Assembly: GCA_012744445.1 (NCBI GenBank) | Contig: JAAYBZ010000097.1 | Location: 4,457-68,456 of the forward strand | DNA: 64,000 nucleotides | Reading direction: 5' to 3' | DNA from: Myxococcales bacterium | GTDB lineage: Bacteria; Myxococcota_A; Polyangia; Polyangiales; Houyiibacteriaceae | Shown: positions 33,671 to 42,800 of the stretch, piece by piece | Layout: each line of letters opens with the position of its first letter | Numbering within the stretch: position 1 is the first letter of the stretch | The notes under the pieces: generated by a model | Database searches by the model: none | What the model was told of the DNA's origin: nothing | Seen by the model: the letters and a program-made list of their open reading frames with translations, nothing else | Program-made: the position numbers and the translations under genes

Positions 33671-34582
33671 ATGCACATGTCGCGTCCCCGGCCAGTGTTT
33701 CCAGGCGATGTAATCCACATCCAACGTCGCACACGAGATGGGCGGTTCTTCCTCGTGCCTCGCGCGCGAACGGTTCAGCTCGTGCAGTACGCGTATGCTG
33801 TCGCGGCGGCTCGAACGGGCGTGCGTATTCACGCGCTGTGCATAATGAGCAATCACATTCACGCTGTCGCCACCGACACGGATGGGAGACATCCGGAGTT
33901 CACCGCCTACGCTCACCGTCTCATCGCCCTCGGCATCAAGTCGATGTTTGGCGTCGACGGGACCATTTGGAGTGAAGGCGGGGCGTCGGTGCAGCGACTG
34001 GTCGGGGAGACGGCAGTGGTCGAGGCTCTCGCCTACGTGGCCGTGAATCCGGTTGCTGCCGGATGCGTTCGGCACGAACGAGAGTACTCCGCGCTGTTCC
34101 TCTACGACGAGAGCGCTGCCAGACGTACACGCGTCGCGCGCCCGGCCTGCTTCGCGGAAGATTCCGTGCTTCCCTGTGAAGCCGAGCTCGTCCTGACCCC
34201 ACTGACGACGTCGATACATGTGACCGATCCCGTCGAGGCCGCGAGAAGGCTTCGATGCGCGACGCGCCGACGGCGGGAAGAGGCTGTCCGCGAGCTGACG
34301 AGCGCCGGCCGCCGGTTCATCGGTATGCGAGGTGTTCTAGCGGTGGATGTATGGACGCGCCCACGACGTCCCGTGAGACGTGGCGACCTTTCGCCGACGT
34401 TCAAGGGAGCGCTACGAGAGGCAATCCGCTTCGCGGCGGCGACCCTAAGGGCGTTCCGCCGTGCATATGCGGAGGCCATGGAAGCATTCCGCGCGGGGCG
34501 AAGGAACGTGAAGTTTCCGCCAGGCACGTACCTCATGCGGAAGCGCTACGGATGCGCCGTCGAAGTCGCGATCGCGGCCTAA
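33671..34582 (+). CDS. REP-associated tyrosine transposase-like protein (HUH / Y1 transposase, IS200-like fold) with C-terminal extension
   Basis: The HUH motif is in 'IMSNHIHAVATD' and the catalytic-Tyr motif is in 'LAYVAVNPVAAGCV', about 60 aa later. That is the same spacing as E. coli RayT as I recall it. The N-terminal strand is 'GDVIHIQRRTRDGRFFL'. GC is lower than the flanks, and REP-like repeats flank the gene. Confidence 0.75.
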   Translation: MHMSRPRPVFPGDVIHIQRRTRDGRFFLVPRARTVQLVQYAYAVAAARTGVRIHALCIMSNHIHAVATDTDGRHPEFTAYAHRLIALGIKSMFGVDGTIWSEGGASVQRLVGETAVVEALAYVAVNPVAAGCVRHEREYSALFLYDESAARRTRVARPACFAEDSVLPCEAELVLTPLTTSIHVTDPVEAARRLRCATRRRREEAVRELTSAGRRFIGMRGVLAVDVWTRPRRPVRRGDLSPTFKGALREAIRFAAATLRAFRRAYAEAMEAFRAGRRNVKFPPGTYLMRKRYGCAVEVAIAA

Positions 34583-34617
34583 CGCGTCCTCCGCCGGTAG
34601 CAATGTTCGGAGCGCAC

Positions 34618-35715
34618 CTAGGAGCGGCGGGCTCCGATCATGAGCCGAGTCGTTCCGGCGAGCTCCTGACTCGACTCGAGCCTCAGGCCCGCCGCTGCGA
34701 ACAGACGACGAAATTCGGGTTTGGTGCGCTCTCGTCCCGGCCCGAGAAGCGTCATCATTTCAAGGTCGAGTAGTCGAGTCCCATCCCGATACGAAGGCGG
34801 AAGCATGATCCCTTCGACGACGAGCACTCGACCCTGCGGCGCGACGGCGGAGGCGCAGTTGCGGAGGATGCGAACGGCGTGCTCGTCTGACCAGTTATGG
34901 AGCACGTGTTTGATGACGTAGACGTCGGCGCCGTCAGGGACGGACTCGAAGAAGTCGCCTACACGCACCTCTGCGCGCTCGGTGAGCATCTCACGCTCGA
35001 AGACCGCACGCGCAGCGTCCGCGACGGCGGCTCGCTCGAGCAATACGCCTGAGATGTGGGAGTGGCGCTTCAAGACCTCCACGAGGAGTGTTCCACGTCC
35101 CCCACCAACATCGACGACTCGACGCGTCGCGGAGAAGTCGAAGCTCGAGGCGAGTGCGATCGCTTCCAATCGCGTGAACGCGTCGACTGCTCGGTGATAG
35201 ACCTCGGCGTGTTCTGGATGGCGCTCGAGGTACTCGAAGAGTCCCGTCCCATGATGCAGCTCGAATGCCGTGTCCCCGTTGCGGATCGCGTCAGGCAAGC
35301 GCGACCAAGGGTCCCAGGAGAACGGCGCGCCCGTGAACGCAGCGAGCTCGCCGAGGACGCCACTTCGGAGTGGGGCTCCGAGAGGCGTCACCGAGAGGAT
35401 GCCGGTTGCATCAGACTCCAAGAGTCCTTCGGACTCCAGAATGCCCAGGAGTCGGGTCAGCATTCCGGTGTCGCACCGAAGCGCGACGGCTAGAGACGAG
35501 GCGGGCTGGGGGTGCTCGATGAGGACGTCGAAAACCCCCAGGTTGGCCGCCGTGGCGATCGCCGCGCTGATCCACTTTCCGCCGAGCAACTTGAGGACGT
35601 GAGCGGTCGGCTCGGTCGGCTCAACCTGGGTCGGTTTCTCGGCCGGCTCAACCTGGGTCGGTTTTTCGGCCGGCTCAACCTGGGTCGGTTTGGATTCGTC
35701 GCTCTCGCTCCGCAC
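34618..35715 (-). CDS. SAM-dependent O-methyltransferase (Methyltransf_2 / plant-type OMT family with dimerisation domain)
   Basis: The SAM motif is 'RRVVDVGGGRGTLLVEVL'. The N-terminal winged-helix/dimerisation region is 'LKLLGGKWISAAIATAANLGVFDVL'. I propose GTG 35715, preceded by GGGGGAGGGG directly after the halogenase stop. TTG 35589 is an alternative. The 518-aa track ORF is over-extended. Confidence 0.8.
   Translation of the reverse strand: MRSESDESKPTQVEPAEKPTQVEPAEKPTQVEPTEPTAHVLKLLGGKWISAAIATAANLGVFDVLIEHPQPASSLAVALRCDTGMLTRLLGILESEGLLESDATGILSVTPLGAPLRSGVLGELAAFTGAPFSWDPWSRLPDAIRNGDTAFELHHGTGLFEYLERHPEHAEVYHRAVDAFTRLEAIALASSFDFSATRRVVDVGGGRGTLLVEVLKRHSHISGVLLERAAVADAARAVFEREMLTERAEVRVGDFFESVPDGADVYVIKHVLHNWSDEHAVRILRNCASAVAPQGRVLVVEGIMLPPSYRDGTRLLDLEMMTLLGPGRERTKPEFRRLFAAAGLRLESSQELAGTTRLMIGARRS
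35611..35691. repeat. 27-bp tandem repeat x3 (minus-strand reading AAACCGACCCAGGTTGAGCCGGCCGAG, peptide KPTQVEPAE)
   Basis: The units at 35611-35637, 35638-35664 and 35665-35691 differ by 1-3 nt. Each contains CTCAACCTGGGTC, the reverse complement of the REP-like core found left of the RAYT gene. Confidence 0.85.
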
Positions 35716-35726
35716 GCCCCTCCCCC

Positions 35727-37538
35727 TCAGCCCCCGACCGCGGCCGTCTCGGCCTCGACCTCGACGAGCAACGACGACAGCGCCGAGCGCACGCGCTCTT
35801 TGCTCGTCACGTAGTTCGGCTGGCCCACGCAGCGATCCACGTCCCGCGCGATCGGGCTCAGCGTCCGCCGGCGCGTGAGGCCCACGGTGTCGTGCTGATC
35901 CAACCGATCCGCCGGGATGCGGAGGTCGAACTTCGCCGCCTGCGTCCGCTCCATGAACTCGTCGAAGAGCTCGTCGCCGATCTCGAACGCCGTCCTGAGC
36001 AGGAGCTCGCCCACCACCTCTTCGGCCTCGACGAGGCGCGACTGCATGTACGCGAGCGTCTCCTCGGGCGACCAGCGGTTCTGGAGCGCGAGGTGCGCCT
36101 CCACGAGCACCGAGGGGAACTTGGGCATCGGCGCGAAGCCGCCCTTGGAGAGCTCGGGCTTCAGCGTCGCCCACGTGGCGAGGAAGGTCTGCACGTAGTT
36201 CGAGAGCTCGACGAAGCGGCGCCCTACCGTCATCACCTCCTCGAGCTTCGGCCCGGTGAGCCGATAGAGCTCCTGGAGGAAATACTGGCAGGGGTACGAC
36301 CAGTACGAGAAGTTGTCCCAGTAGATCTTCGCGAGCATCGCGCGGCCGTGCCCGTAGATGGGCGCCGCCTGACGATAGATGTCCACGCTCCCGTTCACGA
36401 AGGAGCGGTACTGCAGGCTCAGGTCCCGCGCGCGCTGCTCGAGCTCCTCGCGGCTAGCACCTGCGTAGTCCGCACGGATGAGCTCCTCCGTGAACGAGTT
36501 GGCGTAGGCGATGAAGTCCGAGCCCGGGCTGTAGAGCGGATCGACGAACGCCCCCGCCTCACCGACGAGCGCCCAGCGATCCCCCGACCAGCCACGCGCG
36601 ATGTTGTGGCTGTACGAGCGGAGGCACTTGAAGTCCATCACCTCGAACTTCTTGATCTGCTCGGCGAGGTGTGGCTCGTGCTTCTCGAAGAACGCCATCA
36701 CGCGGTCGAGCGTGCGCACCTCCTCGAAGCCGTGCGGGGGATCGTGCACCACGAGGCCGATGCTCGTATTGCCGGTCGAGAGCGGGATGATCCACGCCCA
36801 ATAGCCCACACCCATGAGGTGGTTGGTCGAGCGCCAGCGATCCCCGGCCCACGACGCCTCGTGCCACACCTTCGCCTCGGGCGGCGCGAACTGCGTGATG
36901 TCGACGCGCCCACGGACGCGGAACCAACCCGAGTGCGCGTTGTGCCCGGAGCCGCGCGTGAGCTTCTGCTCGCGCCGGACGAGCGCCGCGCGCCCGCTCG
37001 CGTCGACGAGCCAGCGGCTCTCGATCCACGCCTCGTCGCCCGACGCACCACGGATGCGCGTGCGATGCGCCTCTCCACCCTTGCCGAGCACGATCTCCTC
37101 GACGCTCACCCCTTCGAGGAGCGTGACGCCGTCCTCTTCTTCGATCATCGCGCGGAGATCGTTCTCGAACCGACCGCGATCGAGCTGATAGGAGGGAACG
37201 ATGGGCTCCTGCGCCGCGCCGATCTCCATCCGCTCGTGGATCGGGAGGTGACCGCCACCGGGATAGAACCGAAGGCCGTGCTTGAAGATCTGGTTCTTCT
37301 TCAAGTACTCGACGAGCCCGAGGCTCTCGAAATACTGTGAACCGAGCTCGACGCTCGATTCACCCACCTTGTGGGCCGCGTCCGGCAACGGGCGAGCGAT
37401 CTTCTCCGCGACGAGCACACGGAGGTTCGGGTGCTTCCGGCGGAGCTGGCGGGCCAGCGTGAGGCCCGCGAGGCCGCCTCCGCAGATGACCACGTCGAAG
37501 GACTGCTTGTCGAACGGCGCGACGGAATCGAGGTTCAT
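35727..37538 (-). CDS. flavin-dependent halogenase-like FAD enzyme (long form, 603 aa)
   Basis: Evidence is the FAD motif 'DVVICGGGLAGLTLA', 'AAHKVGESSVELG', the WxWxIP motif 'GYWAWIIPL', and 'FVDPLYSPG'. A roughly 200-aa C-terminal extension has no motif I can recognise. Confidence 0.75.
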   Translation of the reverse strand: MNLDSVAPFDKQSFDVVICGGGLAGLTLARQLRRKHPNLRVLVAEKIARPLPDAAHKVGESSVELGSQYFESLGLVEYLKKNQIFKHGLRFYPGGGHLPIHERMEIGAAQEPIVPSYQLDRGRFENDLRAMIEEEDGVTLLEGVSVEEIVLGKGGEAHRTRIRGASGDEAWIESRWLVDASGRAALVRREQKLTRGSGHNAHSGWFRVRGRVDITQFAPPEAKVWHEASWAGDRWRSTNHLMGVGYWAWIIPLSTGNTSIGLVVHDPPHGFEEVRTLDRVMAFFEKHEPHLAEQIKKFEVMDFKCLRSYSHNIARGWSGDRWALVGEAGAFVDPLYSPGSDFIAYANSFTEELIRADYAGASREELEQRARDLSLQYRSFVNGSVDIYRQAAPIYGHGRAMLAKIYWDNFSYWSYPCQYFLQELYRLTGPKLEEVMTVGRRFVELSNYVQTFLATWATLKPELSKGGFAPMPKFPSVLVEAHLALQNRWSPEETLAYMQSRLVEAEEVVGELLLRTAFEIGDELFDEFMERTQAAKFDLRIPADRLDQHDTVGLTRRRTLSPIARDVDRCVGQPNYVTSKERVRSALSSLLVEVEAETAAVGG

Positions 37539-37625
37539 GTCTCGTTCAAACCTTGGGTGAAGGGTTCGAGACTATACCCCGGCGCCCCGGGCAGTCACGC
37601 CGTCTGGATCGACCTATGACGGAGG

Positions 37626-39032
37626 TCAATCGCGGAGGGCAAGCGCCGCGAGGACCCGGTCGTAGATGCCGCCGAAATCGCCGTTGCTCATGAGCACGAC
37701 CACGTCGCCCCGCTCGGCGCGCGCCACGATGGCCTCGAGGACCCCCTCGAGGTCGGGGGGAGCCTCGGCGGCGCCTCCATGGGCGCGGATCGCGGCGACG
37801 ATGCCGTCCCGGTCGAGGCGCTCGGCGTCGGGGATCTCCTTGCGACCCACGGGCGCGAGGATGGCGAGATCCGCGCACTCGAACGCCGCAGGATACTCGG
37901 CCTCGTGGGTCTTCCGGGAGGCGGTCGCGCTCCTCGGCTCGAAGGCCGCGACGAGCTTCCCATGGGGGTGGCGCTCCCGGAGGCCGCGCAAGGTCTCACG
38001 CACGGCCGTGGGGTGGTGCGCGAAGTCTTCGTAGACGTACACGCCACCGGCGACGCCGAGGAGCTCCTGCCGTCGCTTCACGCCGCGGAAGCGCGCGAGC
38101 GACGCGATGGCCCTGGGCAGCTCGAGGCCCGCGCCGAGGCTCGCGAGCGCGACGGCGCCCACCGCGTTCCGCAGGTTGTGCATCCCGGAGAGCGGCGTGT
38201 GGACGCGGCCGAGGTGGCTCCCCATGCCGAAGAGATCGAACGCCGAGGGGCCCGCCTTCGCGGCGAGGAACGCCGGCGTCTCCTCGCCCGTGTCGTCGCC
38301 CTCTGCGGCGTAGAACGTGACCGCGCAGCGGGCGCCCTTCGCTACCTCGCGCACCTTGGGATCGCCGGCGTAGGCGACGAGGTGGCCATCCTCCGGGATG
38401 CGCGCGACGAGCCCGCGGAAGGCGTCCACGTACGCCGCCTCGTCCGGGTAGATGTCCACGTGGTCGTGCTCGATGGAGGTGAGCATCACCGCGTGCGGGC
38501 GATAGCGGAAGAACTTGGGCGTCTTCTCGAAGAACGCGCTGTCGTACTCGTCTCCCTCGATGACGAAGGGGCCGCCATCGTGACCGAGCGCGAAGCTCTC
38601 CCCGAAGTTCGCCGGGATGCCGCCGACGAGGAAGCCGGGATCGAGGCCGCCGTCCGAGAGGAGCCACGCGACGAGGCTGGTCGACGTGGTCTTGCCGTGT
38701 GTGCCCGCGACGACGAGGCTCTTCCGCTTGGAGAGGAAGAGCCGCTCGATCGCCCCTGGCATGGAGTCGTAGGGGATGCCCTCGTCGATCGCGAAGCGCG
38801 CTTCGGGGTTGTCCTTACGGCAGACGTTCCCCACGACGACGAAGTCGGGCGCCGGCACGAGGTGGTTGGGGCTCCAACCCTTCATGGTCTCGACGCCCCA
38901 GCGCTCGAGCGAAGGGCCGATCGGCGGGTAGAAGGCCGTATCCGAGCCGGTCACGCGATATCCCGCCTTGACGAGCAGCCCCGCGAGCGCGCCCATGCCC
39001 GTGCCCGCGACCCCGATCAGATGAACGTGCAT
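37626..39032 (-). CDS. mpl: UDP-N-acetylmuramate:L-alanyl-gamma-D-glutamyl-meso-diaminopimelate ligase (murein peptide ligase)
   Basis: Evidence is 'MHVHLIGVAGTGMGALAGLLVKAGYRVTGSD...FYPPIGPSLE', the ATP site 'VAGTHGKTTSTSL', and a Mur-ligase length of 468 aa. Confidence 0.85.
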   Translation of the reverse strand: MHVHLIGVAGTGMGALAGLLVKAGYRVTGSDTAFYPPIGPSLERWGVETMKGWSPNHLVPAPDFVVVGNVCRKDNPEARFAIDEGIPYDSMPGAIERLFLSKRKSLVVAGTHGKTTSTSLVAWLLSDGGLDPGFLVGGIPANFGESFALGHDGGPFVIEGDEYDSAFFEKTPKFFRYRPHAVMLTSIEHDHVDIYPDEAAYVDAFRGLVARIPEDGHLVAYAGDPKVREVAKGARCAVTFYAAEGDDTGEETPAFLAAKAGPSAFDLFGMGSHLGRVHTPLSGMHNLRNAVGAVALASLGAGLELPRAIASLARFRGVKRRQELLGVAGGVYVYEDFAHHPTAVRETLRGLRERHPHGKLVAAFEPRSATASRKTHEAEYPAAFECADLAILAPVGRKEIPDAERLDRDGIVAAIRAHGGAAEAPPDLEGVLEAIVARAERGDVVVLMSNGDFGGIYDRVLAALALRD

Positions 39033-39320
39033 TCGTGACGAGCCTACCTGCTCGGCCGAGGGCGTGCATCAGGGCGCGGTCCCTCGATCGGCGACCTCAC
39101 CGTTGACATGGCGGTTTCTAACCGCATCATGGAACTAAGTGGCGAACGACGAAAAAAGGAAGGGCCGCCCGCTCGGTGAGCGTATCAAGGAGGCGATCGG
39201 CTCGTTTCTCGAAGACCTCGCCGGAGTCTTGACGCCCGAGCCTGCACTGGTCCCGGTCCGCGCGCCCGCGCGTCCGCGCCCGGCGCGTCCTCGTCGGCGC
39301 TAAGTGACAGGTGGCGCGGT

Positions 39321-39581
39321 TCAGCGCGCCGCCGCGTACTTCAGGCGGAGGTCGTAGAGCACACCGCTGAGGATCCGTTCCTCGTCGCCGGTGAGGTTGC
39401 CTCGCGTCTTGTCCTCGAGCATCGCGAGGAGATCGATGGTGTGCGCGGCGAGCGCGAGGTTCTTGGGCATGGGCTTCCCGTCCTCGCCCGGGATCTCGCC
39501 GAGGTGCATGAGCGCCGAGGTGCTCAGCGACAGGACCAGCGTGGTGAAATCGGCCGGCGTGGGGACGGGCGCGGAGCTCAT
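39321..39581 (-). CDS. DUF1844 domain protein
   Basis: It is 86 aa. 'ADFTTLVLSLSTSALMHLGEIP...NLALAAHTIDLLAMLEDKTRGNLTGDEERILSGVLYDLRLKY' matches the DUF1844 pattern as I recall it. Confidence 0.7.
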   Translation of the reverse strand: MSSAPVPTPADFTTLVLSLSTSALMHLGEIPGEDGKPMPKNLALAAHTIDLLAMLEDKTRGNLTGDEERILSGVLYDLRLKYAAAR

Positions 39582-39766
39582 TGCTGCTCTTCTCGAGGTT
39601 GCGTCTCGTCGGAGGCGTCGTCGCTTCCGTAGGTGAGGACTTCGCCATTCCCCGAGACGTCGGGGAGTTGCTCGAGGTAGCGCTGGTACTCCTCCTTGGA
39701 GAGGAGGCCCTTGCGCAGATTCCGTTCCACGACTCGCTTGTCCAGCTTGAGATCGACCGTCGACAT
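39578..39766 (-). CDS. small conserved hypothetical protein (62 aa)
   Basis: The ATG at 39766 opens MSTVDLKLDKRVVERNLRKGLLSKEEYQRYLEQLPD..., followed by an acidic tail. Its stop overlaps the DUF1844 start (ATGA), suggesting a coupled pair. It forms the C-terminal end of a spurious 1116-aa track ORF. Confidence 0.5.
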   Translation of the reverse strand: MSTVDLKLDKRVVERNLRKGLLSKEEYQRYLEQLPDVSGNGEVLTYGSDDASDETQPREEQQ

Positions 39767-39843
39767 GGCGCGCAGTTTGGTGCTTCCGTGCCCGCTCGTC
39801 CAGAGGTCCAGGGCGACGGGGCTCGCCGCATGGGCACCGAAGA

Positions 39844-42800
39844 TCAGAAGAGGCCGATCGTGAACGAGAAGGCCCCGAAATCCTCGCGAAGGATGCGGCG
39901 ATTGGGCTGATTGTAGAGGATGTTGATCCCGTAATCGAGCGCCACCGGGCCGATGGGCGTCTCGATGCGGATGCCCGCGCCGATGGTGGGCCGCAGCTTG
40001 AAGGGGTTGAGCGCCGAGGCGTCGCTCCATAGGTTGCCGACGTCGGTGAAGACGCCCGCGGAGATCTGGTCGTAGAGCGGGAAGCGGAGCTCGGCGCGGA
40101 AGAGGAGGAACGTGTTGCCGCCTTGGTTCACGACGCTGCTGAACTCGCCGCCGAGCTCGTTCGCGGCCTCGGCGACGTCCTGCGGCACCATGCGGTCCTG
40201 CTGGTAGGCGCGGATCGTGTCGACGCCGCCGAGGAAGAAGCGGCGGTTGGGGTAGGTCTCCGACGCGCGCGAGAGGTGGATCACGCGTCCGTACTGGCCC
40301 TGTAGCGCGAGCACCATACGATCGCCGATGGGGATGTAGCCGCTCCCGCGCACCACGAGGGAGAGGTGGTGGCTGAAGAACTCGTCGGTCGAGCCGTCGG
40401 GGCGGAGGACGGGCTCGGAGAGGAAGGTGCGCGCCCACTCGATCGAGGTGGTGCCGACGAAGCCGCGACGCGGGTTGAAGACGTTGTCGCGGTGGTCGAT
40501 CGTCACGCCGGTCTTGACCGCCATGAGGTTCGTGCGGCCCTCGGGCACGCGGAGGAGCCTCTGGAGCCGCGGGTTGTCCTGCACGCTCTCGAGGAGGTTC
40601 TGGTACTGGTTGTTCGGGTCGAAGATCTGGATCTGGTTGTTCTCGACCGCCGGCGTGATGAAGAACGAGCGGCTCCGGATCTTCCGCCGCGTCGCGGTCA
40701 TGTCGAAGCGGTTCTGGTCGATGCCGAAGGTGAGCTCGTTGTCCCGCATGTGGAGGAGGTTCAACGAGGTGCGCCAGTAGGGCAGGCGCGGGAACTCGGG
40801 GAGCATCACGCCGAAGCCGATCCAGCGCTCGAGGCGATCGCGGACGGGGAGGCTCTCGAGGTTCTCCCGCCGCTGCTCGTTGAGGAAGAGGAACTGCGCG
40901 GCGAGCTGGACGCGCAGGGTCGTCGCGATGGCGCGCCCGCCCACGTTGCGCGAGCCGTACTCGAAGCCCGTGCGGATGCCCTCGGCAGTCGAGAGACCGG
41001 CGCGCACGTCGAGATACTGGTTCTTGTGCTCGGAGACGCGGACCTCCACGGTCTTCACGCGCTCCGGGAGCTCGGGGTGCTGCACCGTCACCGAGACGCT
41101 GCGGAAGACGCCGAGCGCCATGAGGCGGTCCTGCGTACGCCGCGCGAGCGAAGGGCGGAAGATCTCGCCGGGCTTCACGAGGAGGAGCGCGCGGACGAGC
41201 GACTCGTCGGTGCGCGTCATGCCCTCGATGACCACCTCGCCCACGCGCACGGGGAAGCGCTCGCGGATCTCGAGCGTCACGCGGGCGCGGGTGCGATCGG
41301 CCGAGAGCTCCACGCGCCCGTCGACGCTGGCGAAGATGTGCCCCTTCTCGGCGTAAGCTTCGAGGATGCGCTTCCGCGCCGTTTCGAGCGCGCCGCGGCT
41401 CCACGGCATGCCCTCGCGGAGCTTGGAGAGCTCGGCGATCTCGCGCGTGGGGATCAGCTCGTTGCCCTCGATGGCGAGGCGGAACAGGAGCGTTCGCGGC
41501 CCTTCGTCGATCGGGATGACGACGGCGAAGCCGCCTTCCTCTTCTTCGAGCCGCGCGGGGCCCACGCGCGCGCTCGCGTATCCGGCGGCCGCATAGAGCT
41601 CCTCGATGTGCTCGATCGCGTCCTCGAACGCCGGGCGGTAGATGAGCTCCGAGACGTCCGGGAGCGACTCCTCGGGCTCTTCGTAGGCGGTGGACTTGCG
41701 CCCCTCGAGGAGGTTCGCGAGGGTGCGCTTGGAGACGGGATCCGCGAAGCCGCCGAGGGGCGACGCCTCGGAGACGTAGCTCTGCACCTGCTCGCGGAGG
41801 AAGCCCTCGGTGAAGTGGGTCGCGCCCGGGAATTCGAGGCGGGTCCTCCGCACGGCCTCGCCGCGCTCGATGTCCACCACGAGCCGCGCGCGCCCGTCCT
41901 CGGGGAGCGCGACGCGTCGGATCTCCACCTCCGCGTGTGGGTAGCCGAGGCGCGCGAGGCGGTCCTCCACGCGCTGGCGCATCGCGGCGAGGACGGGTGT
42001 GGTGAGCGGATCCTCGGTGAGCGCGAGCGCCGAGACGATCTCCTCGCGCGGCACGGGCTCGTGGCCGCGGACGAGCACGTCGTAGCGGTGGCCGAGGCGG
42101 CTCGAGAGCACGACGGTCGCGCGCTCTCCTTCGCGATCGACGCGGACGATCGAGAGGCGCGCGGCGAGGTAGCCGAGCTCCCGGAGTCGCTGCTCGGCGG
42201 CGCGGATGCCCTCGTCGACGCGGGAGACGTCGAGGACGTCGCCCTTCGAGAAGCCCAGCATGCGGCGCCGGAGCGCCCTCCGTGGCAGCGGATCGCCTTC
42301 GACGAGGATCTCGGCGATGCGCGTGGCAGGGCCCTCGACGACGACGACGCGGACGACCTCCTCGCCGGGCTGGTTCGTGGCGCGCGTCTCGATGCGTACG
42401 TCCACCGACTCGAAGCCGAGCGCGCGGTAGTGCTCGGTGAGCCTCGCGCGCGCGCCCTCGAGGCGTTCGGGGTCGAAGTCGTCGCCGGCCATCAGGCCCA
42501 TCGTGCGCGCGGCGTCCTCGTCGCTGATCTCGCGGTTGCCCTGGACCTCGATCCGCGCCACGCGACGGCGCGGCAGGAGGCGGGCGATCACCGTCACACC
42601 CTCGGGTGAGCTCTCGAGGAGGAGCTGGACGTCGGCGTAACGGCCCGACTCCACGAGGCGCCGGATGGCGTCGCGGAGGAGCGCGCGATCGAGCGGGGCC
42701 CCGACGGGGATGCCGACCTCGCGCGGCGAGATCTTGTGCGCGAGCCCGCCCTCGATCGTCACGTCGGCCACAGGGCGCCCGCGCAGCTCGGGCGGCAGCT

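Larger units (their letters stand above)
33287..35691. mobile_element. REPtron-like module: inverted REP-like arrays bounding the RAYT-like gene and an O-methyltransferase gene
   Basis: The 13-nt core GACCCAGGTTGAG occurs 6 times on the left in + orientation. It occurs 3 times on the right as its reverse complement CTCAACCTGGGTC. The enclosed DNA is visibly less GC-rich than the neighbouring genes. Confidence 0.5.

Noticed and set aside
33029-34219. 396-aa minus ORF and 120-aa plus ORF (33184..33546) running through the repeat array
   Set aside because: Their open frames are a by-product of the repeats (repetitive NSTWVRPA.. / LDGPRLSSR.. peptides). The minus ORF is antisense to the RAYT-like gene.
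35716-36174. Upstream 153 codons of the 518-aa methyltransferase ORF
   Set aside because: The region overlaps the 3' end of the halogenase-like gene in another frame and is Arg/Gly-rich. OMT homology starts much later.
37555-37580. GGGTTCGAGACT resembling a tRNA T-loop in the halogenase / mpl gap
   Set aside because: No complementary stem follows the loop and there is no cloverleaf context.
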